Shown: positions 7,921 through 16,896 of the stretch, in pieces
Layout: each line of letters begins with the position of its first letter
Numbering within the stretch: position 1 is the stretch's first letter
Origin: Bdellovibrio sp.
GTDB taxonomy: Bacteria; Bdellovibrionota; Bdellovibrionia; Bdellovibrionales; Bdellovibrionaceae
DNA: 34,978 nucleotides
Direction of reading: 5' to 3'
NCBI GenBank assembly: GCA_046318155.1
Contig: JBKCUU010000004.1
Span: 1-34,978 of the forward strand
Made by a program: the position numbers and the translations under genes
Notes under the pieces: model-generated
What the model was told of the DNA's origin: nothing
The model's database searches: none
What the model saw: only the letters and a program-made list of their open reading frames with translations

Positions 7921-10200
7921 TCACTCAGATTTATCAGAACGATCTGACGGAGTCCATGCGTCTACTTCGCTGACGGGAAGCTCAATGATCATTTTTGTCC
8001 CAGCCTTGCCAGGGCCATGAGTGTCATCGCCAAGGCCGTCAGCCTGCACATCATTGGCAAAAGCTCGAATAAAGCCGCTATGGTCCTCGATAATGCGCTT
8101 CACGATTGCAAGACCTAGCCCCGTGCCACTTTCTTTTGTGCTAAAGTAGGGCTCAAAGATGCGCGAACGTTGAGCCGCGGGAATACCGCAACCAGTATCC
8201 GCCACAGTGAGTCTCAAAATTCGGAGCTCAGAGTCATAGCGTGTCGAAATGGCCACAGCTTTGATGGGCTCGCTGGCCACAGCCGCCACCGCATTGTCGA
8301 TCAAATTGACCAGCGCACGCTTCATTTGATCCGCATCAAATTTAAACGGCGGCAAAGAAGTATCGGGCCGGAACGCAAACTCAACCGAGGGGTGCGCCTG
8401 ACGGTAAAGGGTGAGCGACTCTTCAACGACCTGATGAAAGTGACCCACCGTCGGCCGCGCCTGCGGCAAACGCGCAAATTGCGAGAACTCGTTGACCAAG
8501 TTTTTGAGGTCATCGGTCTGCCTGATAATCATGGTTGTACACTCTTTGAACGCGGGGTCCGAGATCTGCTCGCCAAACTTGCGCTGTAACCGTTCGGCTG
8601 AAAGCTTAATGGGCGTCAGTGGATTCTTAATTTCGTGCGCGATCCGGCGAGCCACTTCGGTCCATGCGGCCGAGCGCTGGGCGTTGACGATAGGGCTGAG
8701 ATCATCAAAGACCAAGATCTTACCGACTTCCTCCCCGCTTTCGTCTTTGAGGATCGAAAGGGTCATCAGGAGAGGGATCGATTCGCCTTGGACATTGACC
8801 TTGATTTCTTTTTGGATCGATTCGACCTGATGCTCATTCATGGTTTTGAGCAGCTCTGAAAAGGTTCGAAAATATTCGAGGGTTAGCAGCTCGCGAACCG
8901 GACGGTCCAAAAACTTCTCGGTTTCAAGCTTCAAAAGCTCTCCGGCCCGCTTGTTCATGGTGGTGATCGTTCCTTGTTTATTCACCGAGATGACCCCAGC
9001 GCTGACGCTGCCCAGAACGACACCGACGTAGCGGCTATGTTCATCTAAATCCTTCAGTGTTCGGCGTAAACTTTGATTGGCTGCAGACACTTCTTTTTCA
9101 GATTTCTCGAGGTTTGAGGTCATCTGATTAAAATTTTCGACGAGTGAAGAAATCTCTTCGGACCCCGACATAATTTCGACCGGATTATAATCTCCGAGCG
9201 CAATCCGCTTGGTCGCACGCCCCAGCTGAACCAGCGGAATCGAGAGCTGCTTGGCCAGATAAAACCCAAACCAAGTGGCCGCAAGCAAGATGACCAGGGT
9301 CATCAAAAACAAGATGATGAGGTAAATCGATTTCAGCGGATACTCGATCGGATTGATGTCTCGAAATTCATCATAAGCGGATGAGATGTCATTCATTTTC
9401 GAGATCAGTGAAAGCGGCACAAAACTCGAGACGACGATGGCTCCGCGGCCTCCCCGTTTTTCGTCAACCGGAACAATGACGCGCACCAAGTTGCCCTCGC
9501 CAAATTGATGGATCGTTGAGCTTTCAAGCTGCGATCGAATCCCTTTCTGCAAAAACTCGAGTGAGGCTTTTGGGATCACCGGGATCGATTCATCCTCGCT
9601 CAAGAACACTTCGCGCTGGCCAAAAAGACTGGGGTAGTACTCGAGGGCATCCAGGGCAAATTCTTGGCGCAGTTCTTTGAGTCGCTTTTTGAGGATCGGA
9701 GTGCCTTGCGCGAGACGAACTTCGCGCGCGACCTCTTGAGCGAAATGGTAGTTTTTGCGTTTGGCCTGAAAGTAGTAGGCGTTCGTGACCTCGAGTGAAC
9801 TTTTCAAAACAGCTGCCATTTTGACGCTAAACCATTTGTCAAAACTGCTATTAATGTAAAAAACCGACGTCACAAAGATCAGCATTGTGGGAACAAAACT
9901 AAAGGCAACAAAGGCTGCGATCAGTTTGGCCTTAAGCGAGCTGCCAAACACTCTACCTTTGCGCTCGACGAACACTTTCACAACGTTGCGAAAGATCATG
10001 AACAACAAAAGTAAAAGCAAAATAATATTAAAGTTAACGAGGCCGAAGAAAAAGATCGAGTGAACGAAGGGGAGCTGCTGGCTGATCGAAAACAAGCGAA
10101 TTTCGAACCACGTCAGCAAGAAGAACGAAAACGCGAGCGCGAAAACAATTAAGATCTCACGGCGCCGCTTTCTGTATTCGAGCAATTGAGGATCGGCCAT
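7921..10200 (-). CDS. NtrY-like sensor histidine kinase (TM, periplasmic, HAMP, PAS, HisKA, HATPase)
   Basis: AWTEVARRIAHEIKNPLTPIKLSAERL H-box, NLIDNA, DTGCGI, GTGLGLAI; N-terminal DKWF motif of the NtrY family. Confidence 0.9.
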   Translation of the reverse strand: MADPQLLEYRKRRREILIVFALAFSFFLLTWFEIRLFSISQQLPFVHSIFFFGLVNFNIILLLLLLFMIFRNVVKVFVERKGRVFGSSLKAKLIAAFVAFSFVPTMLIFVTSVFYINSSFDKWFSVKMAAVLKSSLEVTNAYYFQAKRKNYHFAQEVAREVRLAQGTPILKKRLKELRQEFALDALEYYPSLFGQREVFLSEDESIPVIPKASLEFLQKGIRSQLESSTIHQFGEGNLVRVIVPVDEKRGGRGAIVVSSFVPLSLISKMNDISSAYDEFRDINPIEYPLKSIYLIILFLMTLVILLAATWFGFYLAKQLSIPLVQLGRATKRIALGDYNPVEIMSGSEEISSLVENFNQMTSNLEKSEKEVSAANQSLRRTLKDLDEHSRYVGVVLGSVSAGVISVNKQGTITTMNKRAGELLKLETEKFLDRPVRELLTLEYFRTFSELLKTMNEHQVESIQKEIKVNVQGESIPLLMTLSILKDESGEEVGKILVFDDLSPIVNAQRSAAWTEVARRIAHEIKNPLTPIKLSAERLQRKFGEQISDPAFKECTTMIIRQTDDLKNLVNEFSQFARLPQARPTVGHFHQVVEESLTLYRQAHPSVEFAFRPDTSLPPFKFDADQMKRALVNLIDNAVAAVASEPIKAVAISTRYDSELRILRLTVADTGCGIPAAQRSRIFEPYFSTKESGTGLGLAIVKRIIEDHSGFIRAFANDVQADGLGDDTHGPGKAGTKMIIELPVSEVDAWTPSDRSDKSE

Positions 10201-10204
10201 CCCC

Positions 10205-10741
10205 TTATTTTTTCTTTTTCACCTTGCGCTTGGCAACCTCTGATTTGGACGGGGGGGCCTTCACGGGTTTAAACATGACTGTCTGCGTACGTTTGCCTGC
10301 CGTTTTGAGTGACTTGATCAAACCCACCATTTCGACGGTGACTTGGGCCGCTTCGATGCCCTTATGGCCGTGTTGGCCGCCAACGCGGTCCCATGCCTGT
10401 TCTTCGTTCTCGGTTGTCAGCACGCCAAGGCCGATGGGCCTTCCGGTTTCCAGCATCAAATGCGTGACACCGCGCTCAACACTGTTACAGACCACATCGT
10501 AATGCGAGGTTTCGCCGCGAATCACAGCACCAAGAGCCACGACGCCGTCCGCGCCTTTTTCGATCAAAGCCTTGCAGGCAAGCGGAATTTCAATCGCGCC
10601 CGGAACGCTGACGGACCAGATTTCGATGTCGGCGTGCTCGAAGTCTTCGAGAAACTGCACCGCACCTTCAGCCATTTTTGAGGTCAGCTCTTCATTGAAG
10701 CGGGAGGTGACGACTGCAATTGTCATTTTCATTGGATTCAT
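10205..10741 (-). CDS. ribH: 6,7-dimethyl-8-ribityllumazine synthase
   Basis: SRFN, VPGAIEIP, LGAVIRGETSHYD, GVLTT; Lys-rich C-terminal tail; start may be one of three nearby ATGs. Confidence 0.96.
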   Translation of the reverse strand: MNPMKMTIAVVTSRFNEELTSKMAEGAVQFLEDFEHADIEIWSVSVPGAIEIPLACKALIEKGADGVVALGAVIRGETSHYDVVCNSVERGVTHLMLETGRPIGLGVLTTENEEQAWDRVGGQHGHKGIEAAQVTVEMVGLIKSLKTAGKRTQTVMFKPVKAPPSKSEVAKRKVKKKK

Positions 10742-11855
10742 CGGAATTTTCCTTCAGGGGAACGATCTCGACGATCTCGAGGTCAAAAGCTTTGAGCCCG
10801 ACTCGGCGGTCGATTTTGTTGGTGATCAGACGGAGTTGGTGCACGCCCATCGAACGCAAGATTTGCGCGCCAATTCCGTAGTCGCGGCTATCCATCAGGG
10901 GATGCGCAAGTTCGCCCGTCAAAGTTTTGAGTTCGTTCACCAAACCACGGCTGCGGTTGTTTCCGCGCAAGAGCAAGAAAACGCCATGGCCATCGGTGGT
11001 AATGCGCTCGAGTGATTGGGCAAGCGTGCTCTCACCCGAAGCCAAAATGCTGGTCAGTTCGCGGTTAAAAGAATCGATATGAACGCGCACGAGCGTGGGC
11101 TCCGTGCTCAAGATCTCGCCTTTTTGCAAAACCAAATGCTCAAGTCCATCGACGCGGCTCTTAAAAACGCGGGCTTTAAAGCCACCCAGTTCAGCAGGAA
11201 GATCAGCTTGAAAGGTTTCTTCGATCAAATTCTCACGGCGCAATCGGTACTCGATCAAGTCGACGATCGTTCCGATCTTAAGGCCGTGTTTCGCGGCAAA
11301 AGTTTTGAGATCAGGAACGCGGGCCATGGTCCCATCGGGATTCATCACTTCGCAGATCACGGCCGCAGGCTGGCAAGCCGCTAGGCGGGCCAAATCCACG
11401 CTGCCTTCAGTGTGCCCGGCGCGCTTAAGAACGCCGCCGTGTTGAGCGCGGATCGGAAAAATGTGGCCCGGAAAACGAACGTCGGCGGGAGTCGCATTTG
11501 GATTGCTCGCAACTTTTACGGTGAGTGCGCGGTCGGCAGCAGAGATTCCCGTGGACACACCTTCAGCGGCTTCGATGCTCACGGTAAAGGCTGTTTTATT
11601 TGGCGAATCGTTCATGTCATCGCGAACCATCAACGGAAGTTTTAAGCGGTCGATTTGCTCGGGCGACAGCGCCAGACAAATCAGGCCCCTCGCCTCGGCC
11701 GCCATAAAGTTAATGGCCGCAGAGGTGACATGATCGGCAGCCAAAACAAGGTCGCCTTCATTTTCGCGATCTTCGTCGTCGATCAAGACGATCATTTTAC
11801 CTTGGCGGATATCTTCGATCAATTCTTCGGGCGTGTTGAAGTTCGTGATGCTCAT
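10692..11855 (-). CDS. ribB: 3,4-dihydroxy-2-butanone-4-phosphate synthase fused to a degenerate GTP cyclohydrolase II domain (RibBX type)
   Basis: DDEDRENEGD, TGISAADR, PGHIFP, RAGHTEG, ICE intact; C-terminal domain keeps VRVH, RDYGIGAQIL and LITN but has no zinc-binding Cys. Confidence 0.93.
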   Translation of the reverse strand: MSITNFNTPEELIEDIRQGKMIVLIDDEDRENEGDLVLAADHVTSAAINFMAAEARGLICLALSPEQIDRLKLPLMVRDDMNDSPNKTAFTVSIEAAEGVSTGISAADRALTVKVASNPNATPADVRFPGHIFPIRAQHGGVLKRAGHTEGSVDLARLAACQPAAVICEVMNPDGTMARVPDLKTFAAKHGLKIGTIVDLIEYRLRRENLIEETFQADLPAELGGFKARVFKSRVDGLEHLVLQKGEILSTEPTLVRVHIDSFNRELTSILASGESTLAQSLERITTDGHGVFLLLRGNNRSRGLVNELKTLTGELAHPLMDSRDYGIGAQILRSMGVHQLRLITNKIDRRVGLKAFDLEIVEIVPLKENSDESNENDNCSRHLPLQ

Positions 11856-12487
11856 GTGGACACCTCGCCGCGGACTTCAAGCCGCGTGCTGATCTGATTT
11901 TCGAGAGCGCGCTGAAGGGCCTTGGCCATCCAGTCAGGCTCAACATGCACAGGCTCGCCCACTTTGAGGTCGCCAAGATTGGTGCGCTTTTGAGTTTCGG
12001 GAATAAGACAAACTTCGATTTGATCGCCGATCAGAGAGTTGATCGTGAGGCTCACGCCGTGCAAAGTGACACTCCCTTTGCTCCAAACATAGGGAAGAAT
12101 GCTGCGGGGAACTTGGATGGTCAAAAAGAGCGACTCGCCTAAAGGCTCGGCTTTCACAACTGAACCCAGAGAGTCGACATGACCCGAAACAAGGTGACCG
12201 TGAATACGGTCACCGTAGCGGAGTGAGCGCTCAAGGTTGACACGCTTGCCGATCAAACTAGCAGCTTCTGGCCATTTAAGAACTTTTAAAGTTTCGGCGG
12301 CCAAGGCAAATTGGATCGAACCTTGATCGAAGGCTTCGACCGTCAGGCAGATGCCATTGAACGCGACCGAGTCCCCGATTTTGAGATCGTTAAAGTCTTC
12401 AGGACGCTGCACTTGCAGTCGCACGAGACCTTCTAATTTGGTCGCTGTCAGAATGGGCTGAACCGTTTCGACGATCCCTGAAAACAC
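11852..12487 (-). CDS. ribE: Riboflavin synthase (alpha chain)
   Basis: MFSGIV N-terminus, GDSVAFNGICLTV, NLERSL, GHLVSGHVD, KGSV..GVSLT; GTG start. Confidence 0.96.
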   Translation of the reverse strand: MFSGIVETVQPILTATKLEGLVRLQVQRPEDFNDLKIGDSVAFNGICLTVEAFDQGSIQFALAAETLKVLKWPEAASLIGKRVNLERSLRYGDRIHGHLVSGHVDSLGSVVKAEPLGESLFLTIQVPRSILPYVWSKGSVTLHGVSLTINSLIGDQIEVCLIPETQKRTNLGDLKVGEPVHVEPDWMAKALQRALENQISTRLEVRGEVST

Positions 12488-12532
12488 CTAAAACTCCGCG
12501 GCTCGTACCTAAATTGATAAAACGCTTAGTGG

Positions 12533-12561
12533 GTTGTACCGCTCAAGGCCTTATCAGGCAA
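12533..12561 (-). promoter_or_regulatory. Candidate sigma70 promoter of the rib operon
   Basis: TTGCCT-17 nt-TACAAC in the 93-bp gap upstream of ribE. Confidence 0.4.
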
Positions 12562-12580
12562 GTTTCGGAGTGAAAACCGC

Positions 12581-13702
12581 TTATTTTGCTGCGGCAGCCG
12601 TCTCAACGAATAATTTTTCCAAATAAACACGGGCACCGGGCTTGATCACCTGATCGGGATCATAGGGATAATTGGGGTCCTTATCCAAAACAACGGCGGT
12701 CGAGACCGTTAAACCCACATTCGTGACTTGAGCGTAAGCGACGGGCGCCGCACCGCTCGCGACGCCAGAATCGATGGCCGAGAGCAGTGTCGAACCGCAA
12801 GCTTTGCCTTCCCAACCGTAAGTGACGTTCTGGATGCGGAAAATATCACCTTTTTTAAGGCCCATATCAGCCGAGCTCCCCGCATTGATGTAAATGTACT
12901 TATCGCAGCTTTTGAGAACCATCGCGTACCACGGCTCAGCTTCATCCCACGATTTGCGCAAATCTTTAACTGCCATCTTGACGCCTTCTTCAACGACGTT
13001 CGCTAAGTTGGATTTAAAGTAGGCGTTACCGCCCAATTGAAGCATCGAGAAACCAACGCTCAGGGAGCCGCCCCAGGGTTTTGCGTACGACTTTTGATCT
13101 GTTGTCGCGATTAACATGCGGCCGTTGTCGCCGCCAAACCCACCGGGGATTAAGGGATGCGAAGCCCGCATCGCCACCGACATTTCAGATTTTTGGTAGC
13201 TAAACGACGCGCCGATGTTCGTCAGCGCAGCAATACCTGCTAATCCAAGTGACCCGCCGGTCCGGCTAATCAAAGAGAAATCATAGATGCTACCACCGAT
13301 CATTCCGTGAGGCATGTCGATCAAGCAGGATGCCTTTTCGGAGAAGGTCATTTTCGCAGAAAATCCATTCGAACTGACCTCTTCATCTAAATTCGCGCAC
13401 TGATTAAAGAGGGATTCTTCCGCTGTCGACAGTCCTGCTGTGTTGTAGGTTTTGGTGGGATCGACAGCCGCCGTCGTAAACGAGTTGGTCTTGCTGAGGA
13501 TGTTGGCGAGCTGTTGTTTCGCGACATAGGCAAAATCAAAAGTTCCACCATCGGGAAGGCGGATTGGAGGCGCCTCAAGGTAACTGACTTGCACGCGTCG
13601 TTTCAGCTGGCGAGCCTCGGGCTGTGCCTGCTGGCAGGATTCATTCCCCATCATAGATCCGGCGATTACAATCAGCGAACATGCCTTCACGAAATTTTTC
13701 AC
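12581..13702 (-). CDS. Exported hypothetical protein, possible lipoprotein with CsgG/FlgT-like architecture
   Basis: 373 aa; GGAGG RBS and GTG start; signal-like N-terminus ending GNESC; IYINAGSSADMGLKKGDIF resembles FlgT C-terminal domains. Confidence 0.6.
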   Translation of the reverse strand: MKNFVKACSLIVIAGSMMGNESCQQAQPEARQLKRRVQVSYLEAPPIRLPDGGTFDFAYVAKQQLANILSKTNSFTTAAVDPTKTYNTAGLSTAEESLFNQCANLDEEVSSNGFSAKMTFSEKASCLIDMPHGMIGGSIYDFSLISRTGGSLGLAGIAALTNIGASFSYQKSEMSVAMRASHPLIPGGFGGDNGRMLIATTDQKSYAKPWGGSLSVGFSMLQLGGNAYFKSNLANVVEEGVKMAVKDLRKSWDEAEPWYAMVLKSCDKYIYINAGSSADMGLKKGDIFRIQNVTYGWEGKACGSTLLSAIDSGVASGAAPVAYAQVTNVGLTVSTAVVLDKDPNYPYDPDQVIKPGARVYLEKLFVETAAAAK

Positions 13703-13737
13703 TTACGGCCTCCTGCTAGTCTTTTGTCCACATTCTC

Positions 13738-13764
13738 TTAACGGAATCAGAATAGAAAAACTGA
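13738..13764 (-). promoter_or_regulatory. Candidate sigma28 (FliA) promoter
   Basis: TCAGTTTT-11 nt-TCCGTTAA versus consensus TAAAGTTT-N11-GCCGATAA; 35 nt before the start codon. Confidence 0.35.
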
Positions 13765-13964
13765 GGGACAATAGCGAATCAGGCTGACGCCTACAGAAAG
13801 TCCCTGGAAAGACTTCAGAATTCAAAACACAGCCTCAAAATGAGACAAGCTAACAACTTGAAATCACGCCAATGTTCGACGAGGAGCAATTAAAAAATAT
13901 TTTGCGAGTGTTGAGGAGTTTCACAAATTGAGTGAGGTGCGTGAGTCGTTTGACAGAGCTCGCG

Positions 13965-13997
13965 AAACAAGTTCAGGCAAAGTGCCTGAACTTTGTT
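13965..13997 (-). terminator. Hairpin/terminator after clpB
   Basis: Perfect 11-bp stem AAGTTCAGGCA-3 nt-TGCCTGAACTT (13969-13993), about 25 nt past the clpB stop. Confidence 0.65.
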
Positions 13998-14017
13998 CGA
14001 ACGCCGAAGGTGCGCGA

Positions 14018-16606
14018 TCAGTTTGTCAAAACGATCGCGTTGTTCTTGAGCATGGCTTTGATTTTGTCTCCGGATTTAAACGTGCCGGCAATCATCTCTT
14101 TTGAAAGTGGATTGAGCAGCTCTGTCTGGAGCGTACGCTTCAAGGGCCGAGCCCCGTAAACGGGGTCATACCCTTGCTTCGCTAAGAAATCCAAAGCCTC
14201 ATCCGTGACTTCAAGCTGTAAGCGCTTGGCTTTTAAGCGTTCTTGAATGGTCTTGAGTTGCACCTTCACGATGTTGTGGATTTGCGCTTCACCCAAGGGG
14301 TTGAACATCACGACTTCGTCCACTCGATTTAAAAACTCCGGACGGAAGTGACCGCGCAAAGTTTCAAAAACGGAATCACGTTTTTGCTTTTCGTTTAAAC
14401 TCGAATCAATCAACGCCATCGAGCCAATGTTCGAGGTCATGATGACAACGGTATTCTTGAAATCCACCGTGCGTCCTTGTCCATCCGTCAATCGACCATC
14501 ATCCATCACTTGCAATAAAATGTTAAAAACATCTTGATGCGCTTTTTCAACTTCATCAAGCAACACAACACTATAAGGCCGGCGACGAACGGCTTCGGTC
14601 AACTGTCCACCTTCTTCATAACCGACGTATCCCGGAGGCGCGCCAACCAAACGAGAGACGGCGTGTTTCTCCATGTACTCACTCATGTCGATACGAACAA
14701 CGGCTTGTTCATCATCAAACAGAAACTCGGCCAAAGCTTTGACCGTCTCGGTCTTACCGACACCGGTTGGCCCTAAAAACATAAAAGTACCGATCGGCCG
14801 ATTGGGGTCCGAGATTTCGGCCCGTGCACGGCGAATGGCATCCGCCACCACGACCAAGGCGTGGTCTTGGCCAACGACCCGCTCGCCCAGTTTTTTCTCC
14901 ATCGAGAGGAGTTTGTGGGACTCGCTCTCCAGCATTTTCTGAACCGGCACGCCCGTCCATTTTGCGACCACTTCAGCCACGTCTTCGGTGGTGACCTCTT
15001 CTTTGAGCATTCGCTGTTGGCTCTTCGAGCTGGTTTCTTTGGCCTTGAGCTCTAAAGAGGCCAGACTTTTTTCGAGATCTGGCAAGGTTCCGTACTTAAG
15101 TTCGGCGGCCTTGGCGAGATCACCCAGACGCTCAACTTTGGCCACTTCGGTCCGCGTGCTCTCGATCTGTTCTTTGAGTTTTTTGATTTCGTTAATCCCG
15201 CCGCGCTCAAAATCCCACTGCTCACGCAAAAGTTGATTGCGAGACGAAAGTTCTTTGATTTCGCCTTCGACTTTGCCAAAACGCTCACGCGAGGTTTCGT
15301 CTTTTTCTTTTTTGAGGGCTTCTTTTTCAATTCTGAGCTGCATCAGCTCGCGCTCGATCTTATCGATCTCTTCGGGAACCGACTTAGCCTCAATGCTGAG
15401 TTTAGCCGCCGCCTCATCAATCAAGTCGATGGCCTTGTCAGGTAGGAACCGAGACGTGATGTATCGGTGCGAGAGCTTGACGGCCGCCACAAGTGCCGGG
15501 TCAGTGATACGAACACCATGGTGCACTTCGTATTTTTCTTTAAGACCACGCATGATCGTGATCGCGTCCTCGACGCTGGGCTCTTCGACCATCACGGTTT
15601 GAAAGCGGCGCTCAAGGGCCGTGTCTTTTTCGATGTATTTGCGGTACTCATCCAAGGTTGTTGCGCCGATGCAACGAAGTTCGCCGCGAGCCAGAGCTGG
15701 CTTTAACAATTGCCCGGCGTCCATGGCGCCTTCAGATTTTCCGGCCCCGACGAGCGTGTGCATCTCATCAATAAAAAGAATGATATTGCCGGCGGCATCC
15801 GTGACTTCTTTAATCACGGCTTTGAGCCGGTCTTCAAATTCGCCGCGGTACTTTGCGCCCGCTACCAGTGAGCCCATATCCAAAGACATGAGACGCTTTC
15901 CGATCAAGTTATCGGGAATATCTTGTTTGATGATCCTTAAGGCAAGACCTTCGGCAATGGCTGTTTTACCGACGCCCGGCTCACCGATCAGCACAGGATT
16001 ATTCTTGGTTCGGCGTGAAAGAACCTGAATCACGCGGCGGATTTCTTCGTCACGCCCAATCACGGGATCGAGCTTTCCTTCTGCGGCAAGGGTCGTTAAA
16101 TCACGCGCATACTTGTGTAGGACTTCGTATTTGTTTTCGGGGTCATCATCCGTGACTTTTTGTGAGCCACGAATTTCTTTGAGCGCTTTTTCGATTTTCT
16201 TAAGATCGACGCCTTGTTTTTTTAGGGCCGCGGCCGAGTCGTCCGTCCCACGCAAAATCGCGAGCAAAAAATGCTCGGTCGAAATGTAAGCGTCCTCATT
16301 TTGCGCGGCCTCGGCTTCGGCGGCCTCAAAGATCTTGATCAAGCGCGAACTGACGCCTGGTTTGCTGGTCGAACCTGTGACCTTCGGGAGCTTTTCAATC
16401 CTTTGCTCAATTTCAGCCAAGACCGATTTTGGATTGACGCCTGCCTTTTCGAGCAGTCGCGGAACGACCCCTTCGGATTGGTTGAGCAAAGCCCAGAGCA
16501 AATGCTCGGGTTCAACCGTTGGGTTGCCGCGCTTCTCGGCCCACTTGGCAGCCGTTTGCATGGCCTCTTGTGACTTGCGGGTCATTTTCTCAATATCTGC
16601 GCTCAT
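14018..16606 (-). CDS. clpB: ATP-dependent chaperone ClpB
   Basis: 862 aa; Clp N repeats, GEPGVGKT, coiled-coil M domain (AAELKYG), [21 protein letters not shown]. Confidence 0.98.
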   Translation of the reverse strand: MSADIEKMTRKSQEAMQTAAKWAEKRGNPTVEPEHLLWALLNQSEGVVPRLLEKAGVNPKSVLAEIEQRIEKLPKVTGSTSKPGVSSRLIKIFEAAEAEAAQNEDAYISTEHFLLAILRGTDDSAAALKKQGVDLKKIEKALKEIRGSQKVTDDDPENKYEVLHKYARDLTTLAAEGKLDPVIGRDEEIRRVIQVLSRRTKNNPVLIGEPGVGKTAIAEGLALRIIKQDIPDNLIGKRLMSLDMGSLVAGAKYRGEFEDRLKAVIKEVTDAAGNIILFIDEMHTLVGAGKSEGAMDAGQLLKPALARGELRCIGATTLDEYRKYIEKDTALERRFQTVMVEEPSVEDAITIMRGLKEKYEVHHGVRITDPALVAAVKLSHRYITSRFLPDKAIDLIDEAAAKLSIEAKSVPEEIDKIERELMQLRIEKEALKKEKDETSRERFGKVEGEIKELSSRNQLLREQWDFERGGINEIKKLKEQIESTRTEVAKVERLGDLAKAAELKYGTLPDLEKSLASLELKAKETSSKSQQRMLKEEVTTEDVAEVVAKWTGVPVQKMLESESHKLLSMEKKLGERVVGQDHALVVVADAIRRARAEISDPNRPIGTFMFLGPTGVGKTETVKALAEFLFDDEQAVVRIDMSEYMEKHAVSRLVGAPPGYVGYEEGGQLTEAVRRRPYSVVLLDEVEKAHQDVFNILLQVMDDGRLTDGQGRTVDFKNTVVIMTSNIGSMALIDSSLNEKQKRDSVFETLRGHFRPEFLNRVDEVVMFNPLGEAQIHNIVKVQLKTIQERLKAKRLQLEVTDEALDFLAKQGYDPVYGARPLKRTLQTELLNPLSKEMIAGTFKSGDKIKAMLKNNAIVLTN

Positions 16607-16668
16607 AAAGTTTACCCTCGCTCGTGGCCCTTGTTTCTAACTAACGCAAAGAGGACCCTCTCAATCAA

Positions 16669-16695
16669 GTTTGGGGACTGGTTTCTAAATGTCAA
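16669..16695 (-). promoter_or_regulatory. Candidate heat-shock (sigma32-like) promoter of clpB
   Basis: TTGACA-13 nt-CCCCAAAC resembles TTGAAA-N13/14-CCCCATNT and precedes a heat-shock gene. Confidence 0.4.
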
Positions 16696-16802
16696 TGGAA
16701 CGAACAAAGGAACCAACAATGGAACGATTGGGGACCAGTTTAATTCCGTGTGCAGAGCCCTGGCTGGAACGGCATGTCGCCATCCTCTGGAATTCGCGAA
16801 AC

Positions 16803-16831
16803 TTGTAATCTGAGAGGCTCCCGAATAAAAT
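16803..16831 (+). promoter_or_regulatory. Candidate sigma70 promoter of the RND gene
   Basis: TTGTAA-17 nt-TAAAAT, 65 nt before the GTG start. Confidence 0.45.
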
Positions 16832-16896
16832 CCTTGTGGTCAGCAAACCCCTAAAACGCTCTCGATCAGGTTCAACCGGTATCGAAGGCCCATGGA

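Noticed and set aside
12488..12580. FMN riboswitch upstream of ribE
   Set aside because: The gap is only 93 bp and lacks the RFN conserved sequences
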